A stretch of 63,869 nucleotides of DNA, filler included, from Collodictyon triciliatum (Eukaryota), in the NCBI GenBank assembly GCA_043381765.1. It is 5 parts of 5 records of this genome, joined end to end, with 100 filler letters (N's around TTAATTAATTAA, not from the genome) between each part and the next. Parts side by side here need not be neighbours in the genome. Positions count along the whole stretch, not along the records: positions 62,498 to 63,869 come from JBHJMP010000853.1; 4 more parts are not named here. One strand, written 5' to 3'. Of this stretch, positions 62,980-63,869 are shown piece by piece. Both the position numbers and the translations under genes were made by a program. The notes under the pieces were generated by a model. It had not been told where the DNA came from and did not search any database. It saw nothing but the letters and a program-made list of their open reading frames with translations. How positions within the stretch are numbered: position 1 is the first letter of the stretch; each line of letters starts with the position of its first letter.

Positions 62980-63415
62980 CTTTTTTTTCTTTTTCTTTTT
63001 TTTCTTTTTTTCTTTTCTTTTCTTTTCCTTTTTTTTCTTTTCTTTTTTTCCTCTTCTTTTTCTTCTCCCTCCTCCGTCTCCTCCTCCTCTTCCTTCTCCT
63101 CCCCCTCCCCTAGTTTTGCTCCTTTTTCTCTTCTGTCTCAGCTTTTCTTCTTTTCTCTTTCTTTTCTCTTTTTCTCGTTTTCTCTTTTTCCAATCTCTTT
63201 TTCTCCCTCTCTTTTTCCTGTCCGCTTCCTTCCCCTCTTTCTCTTGTTCTATCTCCCTCCGTCCCCCGCCCCCCCGCTTGGTTTTTTCCCTCACCTTTTC
63301 TCTTTTTCCCCTCGTTTTTCTTCTCCTTTTTCTTTTTCGCGCTTTTTCCTTTTTTTCTTTTTCTTTCTTTTTTTTTTTTTTTTCCGTTTTCTTCCCTCCA
63401 TTGTTCTTTTTTAAT
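62630..63415. repeat. Long low-complexity polypyrimidine tract
   Basis: (TTTCTA)n grading into poly-T and C/T sequence. Confidence 0.9.
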
Positions 63416-63536
63416 TAGGTTTGGATTGCATTCTTGGTGTATTATTGTCTCGCGATTAAGTGGCGCGGCCTGGTCTTTGTGTCCGAAGGTAGGCCGCGGG
63501 CAAAGCCAGCGGAGAAAGGCGTAAGCAATGTTCGCT

Positions 63537-63869
63537 TCATTGGTATGCTGTCCAAAACAAGCGGATTGGGGATTGGCGTGGTGCAAGTGTGGGATTCTCT
63601 TTGCAAGCTGCCTCTAGGCCTTTCAGCTCTTGTTCGTAGATGACGGTCATATTGATTTTTACCTTTGTATGCTTTTCGAGCATGGCCTAAAAAAATAAAA
63701 ACAAAAAGTGAAGGGGAGTTAGAAGGAAATTGAATTTGCATCATTCCAGTTGCGTTGTTTATAGTGCATTATTTTTCAATTAAAAGATACAGAAAAAACA
63801 AATGATTGCAAGAGAATATGAATCTAAATATTTTACCTTTATTTCGGCCTTTTCCTCTTCTTTTCGTAG
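63537..63869 (-). CDS. Probable 3' exons of an unidentified gene entering from beyond the window
   Basis: LRKEEEKAEIK|gtaaaa...ttag|AMLEKHTKVKINMTVIYEQELKGLEAACKENPTLAPRQSPIRLFWTAYQ*. Splice phase is consistent; no homology recognised. Confidence 0.4.

Overview
Eukaryotic (protist-like, AT-rich, very intron-dense) genomic DNA. It consists of five scaffold pieces joined by artificial N44-TTAATTAATTAA-N44 spacers, plus ordinary N gaps. Genes traced by reading exons and splice sites: IFT27/RABL4, a YhhN/TMEM86-type lysoplasmalogenase, an orphan multi-pass membrane protein, a complete TOR kinase with about 72 introns, two unidentified multi-exon genes, the 3' part of condensin II CAP-D3, a P/U-type cyclin, a GT5 glycogen/starch-synthase-like gene, PPP4R1, a GT92-like glycosyltransferase, ARMC8/GID5, a universal stress protein, PEX4 and RPS18. 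The most novel signal is a dispersed ultra-short retroposon-like element: an 18-nt core, CTTTGAATCGAATAAAGG (minus strand), followed by an A-tail. It occurs six times. Five copies are flanked by their own unrelated 12-19 bp target-site duplications, and the core ends at essentially the same 5' position each time. Also notable: two consecutive ARMC8 exons are separated by a gap-bounded island holding three other genes (true nesting or a scaffolding error), TOR has one GC-AG intron, the GT5 enzyme lacks the KxGG lysine, and RPS18 intron 1 may hold a structured RNA. All exon calls are manual; no database searches were run.
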